Below, in pieces: positions 60,146-64,000 of a stretch of DNA of 64,000 nt. This DNA comes from Octopus vulgaris (lineage: Eukaryota), in assembly GCA_951406725.2 (NCBI GenBank), contig OX597816.1, forward strand, positions 166,098,001 through 166,162,000, in the 5' to 3' direction. Position 1 is the first letter of the stretch; each line of letters opens with the position of its first letter. The notes under the pieces were generated by a model that did not search any database, was not told where the DNA came from, and saw only the letters and a list, made by a program, of their open reading frames with translations. The position numbers and the translations under genes were made by a program.

Positions 60146-60400
60146 GTGGAGGCACGTAGCTTAGTTGTTAGGGTATCAGCATCATGATTGTAAGATTGTG
60201 GTTTCGATTCCTGGACCGGGCGACGCGTTGTGTTCTTGAACAAAACACTTCATTTCACGTTGCTCCAGTCCACTCAGCAGGTAGAAATGAGTAACGCTGC
60301 GATGGACTGGCGTCCCATTCAGCTGGGGAACACATATGCCATAGAAACCGGGAAACCGGGCCCATGAGCCTGGCTAGGCTTTAAAAAATGCGTATTTATT
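60146..60400 (+). mobile_element. SINE family D
   Basis: GGAGGCACGTAGCTTAGT..GTTTCGATTCC..GTGTTCTTGAACAAAACACTTCATTTCAC. Confidence 0.85.
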
Positions 60401-60417
60401 ATTATTTTATATATATA

Positions 60418-60957
60418 TCATCATCATTGTCATCATTTAACGTCTGTTCACGCTGGCATGGGTTACACAGTTTAATGTGCTGATAAACTGGAGAGCTGCA
60501 CCAGGCCTCAGTCGTCTGTTTTAGTTTACTTCCTATGGTTGGATGCCCTTCATAATGCTAATTACTTAACAGAGTGTACTGAGTGTTTTACTTGTCACTG
60601 GCACTAGCAGTGACCACAACTCACCTTGATATGTCTTCTCAAGGAAAGAAAATCACCAGAAGTCTCAGTGACTTGTCATTGCCTCTTTGAGGCTTAACAA
60701 CCGAAGATCATATTTCACCACCTCATTCCATGTCTCTCTGGGTCTACCTCTTCTACATATTCCCTCCACACTTAGAGATCGAAACTTCTGTGCGCAGCTG
60801 TCCTCATTCATTTGCATCACATGACCATACCAGTGCAGCCCTCTCTCTTGCACACGACATCTGATGCCCCTTAGACCCACTTTTTCTCTTAATACACTTA
60901 CGTTCTGTTGTACATGTGCACTGGCATTTCACAGGCTGGCTTTCAAGCTTTTGCTTG
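60418..60957 (-). mobile_element. RTE LINE 3' end (ORF end + 3' UTR)
   Basis: LHWYGHVMQMNED..VEGICRRGRPRETWNEVVKYDL..LEKT runs into the GGGCATCC..ACGTTAAATGATG UTR. Confidence 0.88.
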
Positions 60958-61979
60958 CCAACACTTCCCCCTCCACCACCCCCACCCTATATAAAACTAG
61001 TGCACGCACTTGGATTCCCCTACTCCATTTTAATAATTCCACCGAAAAAATACTAATCTAGAAGATGCTCAGATAAGAAATTTTTATTTTTCCAACCTCG
61101 TACATCATCATCATCATCATCGTTTGATGTCCACTTTCCCTGCTAGCATGGGTTGGACGATTTGACTGAGGGCTGGCGAACCAGATGGCTGCACCAGGCT
61201 CCAATCTTGATCTGGCAGAGTTTCTACAGCTGGATGCCCTTCTTAGTGGGTGCTTTTGCATGCCACCGGCATGGGGGCCAGTCAGGCAGTACAGGCAACG
61301 ACCTCGCTCGAATCTTTTTGCACATGTGCCAGTAAGGCGATACTGGTAACGATCACGCTCGAATGGTGCCTTTTACGTGCCACTGGCACGGAAGCCAGTT
61401 AGCTGCTCTGGCAACGATCACACTCGGATGGTACTCTTAGCACCCTACTAGCACAGGGCTCAACATCTACTCTATTTCTGCACAGATCATAAACCCCTTA
61501 TTAGTTCTTTTCATTATTCTTTCTATTTCATTACCATGTAAACATAGTTTCGTCTTCCTCGCTCTTGTCTTAAGATGAACTTAAGTTCCTTCATGCACAT
61601 CCGCTATTCGTCACCTATTCATTTATTCAAGTTTGTCACATTGTCACTTATTTCTCTAATTTTGTCATAGATTGGCTGACTGAAAATTCTAACATTTTTC
61701 AATTCTATTTCACTATTATCAGCATTTGCTGTTTCATTAAATTATGTTACCCAAAATCCCCAAATAATATTTTTCACTCTCGTGTTCTATCCCTGACCAC
61801 CCCGACTCTGGCCCCTTCTCTCTCTGCCTCACTCTATCTCTCTGTTTCGATTACCACTTGCTTCACCAACACTTCCCCCTCCTCTACCACTCCACCCTAT
61901 ATAAACTAGCGCATGCACTCGGTTTCCCCTACTCCATTTTAATAACTCCCCCGAAAGAATAGGAATCCAGAAGATGCTC
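60958..61979. repeat. ~115-bp direct repeats (60958-61070, 61867-61979) enclosing an RTE 3' UTR (61102-61460, -)
   Basis: CCAACACTTCCCCCTCC..CCACCCTATATAAA..CCCCTACTCCATTTTAATAA..AGAAGATGCTC appears twice. Confidence 0.8.
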
Positions 61980-62239
61980 GTCTAATTTTGCTATTTTGCG
62001 CTTCCCTATTCTCTGTCATCCTTTGGTTGTCTCCCATAAACACTTCTAACGGTTTAATGCCATCCCCACCCCTACTTAAGGTTTATCTCTTATGTAAGGT
62101 AGTGATCATATAGTGCATAAAAATGATGATGTAGTGTATACAGGTTGAAGGCTATTGTTTGTTTATGAATTCTTCCAAATGCGAGCCTTCTTTTCAGGTA
62201 CATGACGCTGCTGTCCCCATCCCAGGGTCTCATGGGCCC

Positions 62240-64000
62240 ACACCCTCAGAGTTGGCACACTGAAAGGTAGGTCTGGTGAGATTGTTGAGATGCTTGAATG
62301 GAGACGTGTAGATTTGTGCTACCTCCAAGAAGTAAGGTGGAGAGGTGGTTCTGCTAGGTTCCTCACAGGTACAAGATTTTCTGAGCAGGGAACACTGATG
62401 GGGTCAGGGGCGTGGGTATACTTCTTGCACAGAAATGGGTTGATAAGGTAATCAGAGTATGCAATAGAATACTTAAGATTAGATTAGTGCTACATCATGG
62501 GTTAGCAACCATTATCTCAGCCTATGCCCCTCAGCTGGGGCTACCTGATGGACTGAAAGACCAATTTGCAGACTACCTCATTGACAAATGACTGACCTCT
62601 TTGTGGCTGGTGACTTCAATGGACATGCAGGGAGCTTCCATGGCATACATGGAGGCTATGGTTTTGGTTCACGCAATGAGGAGGGAACCAGGCTGATGGC
62701 ATTCTGTGATGCAAATGATCTTATGGTTTGCAATACTAACTTAAGGAAACCTGCCTGTCGCCTACTGTTCTGGCAGACACAGTAGCTAAATTAACTACAT
62801 CCTCACCAGAAAAAGAGAAAGATGGCTGCTTATAAATGCCAAAACCTTCCCAGGCAAAGAATGTACCCCACAACATAGACTAGTAGTTAGTGATTTCAGG
62901 ATCAGGGCTAAATGGATGCCTAGAAAATGACCGGCATGGAGGAGAAGGGTCTGGAAGCTTAAAGATCCTGCGAATGGACAGAGATTTAGAGACGTATTAC
63001 TCTAAGCCTTTCATGAAATAGAGGGTGATATAGCATCACAAGATGTGGAAGACAATTAGAGGTTTCTACGGGACAATCTGCTGAGGGCCACTGACCAGAT
63101 CTGTGGATGGTGCAAAGTCCCCTCTCGAACCAAGGTAATGTGGTGGTGGAACAATGTTGTTGACAGGGCTATTAGGGAAAATAAAAAGTCTTGGAAGAAC
63201 GGTGGTAGCAGGGAATTGTATCAGACTGCCAGAAGGGAAGCTAGGAGGATCATAGCCCAACTGATAAGGGAGAGAGTCAGTCTAGATGAGATGCAGTTTG
63301 GGTTCATGCCAGGGAAAAGCACCACAGATGCTATATTTCTGGTAAGACAGCTGCAAGAGAAATACCTAGCCAAAGATAAACTTCTGTGCCTGGCTTTCGT
63401 TGACAGGGACACCCGATCCCTTATCTGGTGGTCAATGAGGAAACTAGGTATAGATGAGTGGTTAGTGAGAGCTGTGCAAGCCATGTACAGGGATACTGTC
63501 AGTAAGGTGAGGGTTGACAACGAGTACAGTGAAGAATTCCGAGTAGGAGTAGTGTGGTCCACCAAGGATTAGTCCTCCAGGCAATAACAGAGGAATTCAA
63601 GACAGGATGACCCTGGGAGCTCCTCTATGCTGATGATTTTACTCTAATTGCCAAGTCGCTATCAGAACTTGAGGAAAAATTTCAGGTGTGGAAGCAAGAA
63701 TTAGAATCGAAAGGCCTTAGAGTCAACCTAGCTAAAACCAAAGTCTTAATAAGTAGGAAGGCAGACAAACCACAAATCCCTTCAGGTAGATGGGCCTGCT
63801 TGATCTGTAGAAAAGGCATAGGTAGAAATTCCATAGGATGTATCCAGAGTAAGCTATGGACACATAAGGGGTGCAGCAATATCAAAGGGAGGCTAACTGG
63901 GAAGATAGTTTTTGTATGTGGCAAATGCTCAGGTGCTATAGACAATGAAAATGTGCAGAGAACAGCTTCTGTTAAATTCTAGGGAGAAAAACTACAAGTA
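62240..64000 (+). pseudogene. Decayed RTE-clade LINE: APE endonuclease, internally deleted RT, Cys/His-rich insert; runs off the window
   Basis: LQEVRWRG, SAYAPQ, VAGDFNGH, GFGSRNEEG (APE); QFGFMPGKSTTDAIFLVRQLQEKY, WELLYADD (RT); CLICRKGIGRNSIGC..WTHKGC..CGKC. Confidence 0.92.

Overview
This is an AT-rich eukaryotic (metazoan) window made mostly of repeats. The tRNA-derived SINE families, RTE/R4/Penelope retroelements and very high (TA)n/(TACA)n/(TAA)n density fit an octopod cephalopod genome best (inference from recognised repeat families, not tested). There is one clear host gene: a 914-aa protein with 12 C2H2 zinc fingers, encoded in a single coding exon (57051-59795, +). It probably has a non-coding first exon near 48.3-48.44 kb. 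The rest is layered transposon material: R4/Dong-type restriction-like-endonuclease retrotransposons sitting in (TACA)n or (TAA)n microsatellites, RTE, CR1 and Penelope fragments, two mariner elements, hAT-, piggyBac- and Merlin-like MITEs, solo LTRs, and eight non-autonomous Helitrons, three of them a perfect head-to-tail concatemer. Structures visible directly in the sequence include four hammerhead-ribozyme motifs (one fully canonical), a variable array of hairpin units in an RTE 3' UTR, and several palindromes and inverted duplications. Nearly all short ORFs in the track are microsatellite or SINE artefacts. I see no prokaryotic-type system (CRISPR etc.). Coordinates were read by eye; ends of decayed repeats are approximate.
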